64,000 nt of DNA, taken from an uncultured delta proteobacterium (GTDB lineage: Bacteria; Desulfobacterota; Binatia; UBA9968). The DNA lies in the NCBI GenBank assembly GCA_963728565.1, contig CAVSLC010000012.1:22976-86975 (forward strand), in the 5' to 3' direction. Position numbers and translations under genes: made by a program. This document shows, piece by piece, positions 63,302 to 64,000 of this stretch. Each line of letters begins with the position of its first letter. The stretch's first letter is position 1. Below the pieces are notes generated by a model that worked only from the letters and a program-made list of their open reading frames with translations, was not told the origin of the DNA and searched no databases.

Positions 63302-64000
63302 GGGGAAATTCCACCCGGGGTTACGCTATTTGATTTGCATCTACTTCTCCGGCGCACGGCATAGTTGCCGAGGTAGAGAACATCCATGCGGGTCTTGAGG
63401 AAGCATTCGAGGGCCTGCTGCGGCGTGCAAACGATCGGCTCGTTTTCGTTGAACGACGTATTCAGCAGCACCGGCACTCCAGTCAACTGATGGAAATCTG
63501 AAATCAGTTGGTAATAGCGCGGGTTCACAGCCGCACTGACGGTTTGCAACCGTCCGGATCCATCCACGTGCGTCACCGCCGGGATGACGGATAGTTTCTC
63601 CTCGCGCACTTGATAGACCATCAGCATCGTCGGCGCGGGATGGTCTTGCTCGAAGTATTCCGCGGTGTGTCCTTCGAGAATCGACGGCGCGAATGGCCTA
63701 AACGGCTCACGTTTTTTGATGCGCTCGTTCAAAATCTGCTTCATATCGACGCGGCGCGGGTCGGCTACGATCGAACGATTGCCCAATGCGCGCGGCCCGA
63801 ATTCCATGCGACCCTGGAACCATCCGGTAACCGCTCCGTCGGCGATGTCTTGCGCCGCCCGGTGGGTAACCTCCCGGTCATCGTAGCGCTCATATGCCAC
63901 CCCGGTCTCGTCGAGCAACGAGCGGATTTCCGAGTCGGTAAAGTCCGGTCCAGTGTAAGCACCGTCCATCGTAAAGCCGCTAATATCCGAGGGTCTCGTT
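63298..64000 (-). CDS. Carbamoyltransferase (NodU/CmcH family), C-terminal part (partial)
   Basis: WFQGRMEFGPRALGNRS, KKREPFRPFAP, HVDGSGRLQTV, LNTSFN. Confidence 0.93.
   Translation of the reverse strand, partial: TRPSDISGFTMDGAYTGPDFTDSEIRSLLDETGVAYERYDDREVTHRAAQDIADGAVTGWFQGRMEFGPRALGNRSIVADPRRVDMKQILNERIKKREPFRPFAPSILEGHTAEYFEQDHPAPTMLMVYQVREEKLSVIPAVTHVDGSGRLQTVSAAVNPRYYQLISDFHQLTGVPVLLNTSFNENEPIVCTPQQALECFLKTRMDVLYLGNYAVRRRSRCKSNSVTPGGISP

Overview
Bacterial chromosomal window with a Deltaproteobacteria-like core gene order (xerC-hslVU-argBDFGH-lipoprotein-lysA-dapFAB and rpmE-prfA-prmC-murA-hisDBHA). A Ca. Binatota-like host is plausible, but that is inference only. Three accessory blocks interrupt the core. 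(1) About 4.6-15.8 kb: a secreted S8 protease with three near-identical ~116-aa C-terminal repeats, facing a cassette of two GT-C membrane glycosyltransferases, a GT2, a GT4 and two SAM methyltransferases. (2) About 32.6-50.4 kb: an aryl polyene (APE)-type type II PKS/FAS cluster with an MIO ammonia-lyase, a flavin halogenase-like enzyme and its own PPTase. (3) About 59.7-64 kb: the end of a surface-polysaccharide locus. Non-coding signals read directly from the sequence are a diverged tandem duplication of the glyQS promoter plus its first 24 codons, a 228-bp MITE with perfect 19-bp TIRs and a 5-bp TSD at a start codon, two copies of a ~125-bp palindromic element, and a dense mosaic of different 7-9-bp micro-arrays. 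Many genes, including housekeeping ones, carry single-base frameshifts that most likely reflect sequencing or assembly errors. No rRNA, tRNA or CRISPR array was recognised. All calls come from motif recognition, with no database searches.
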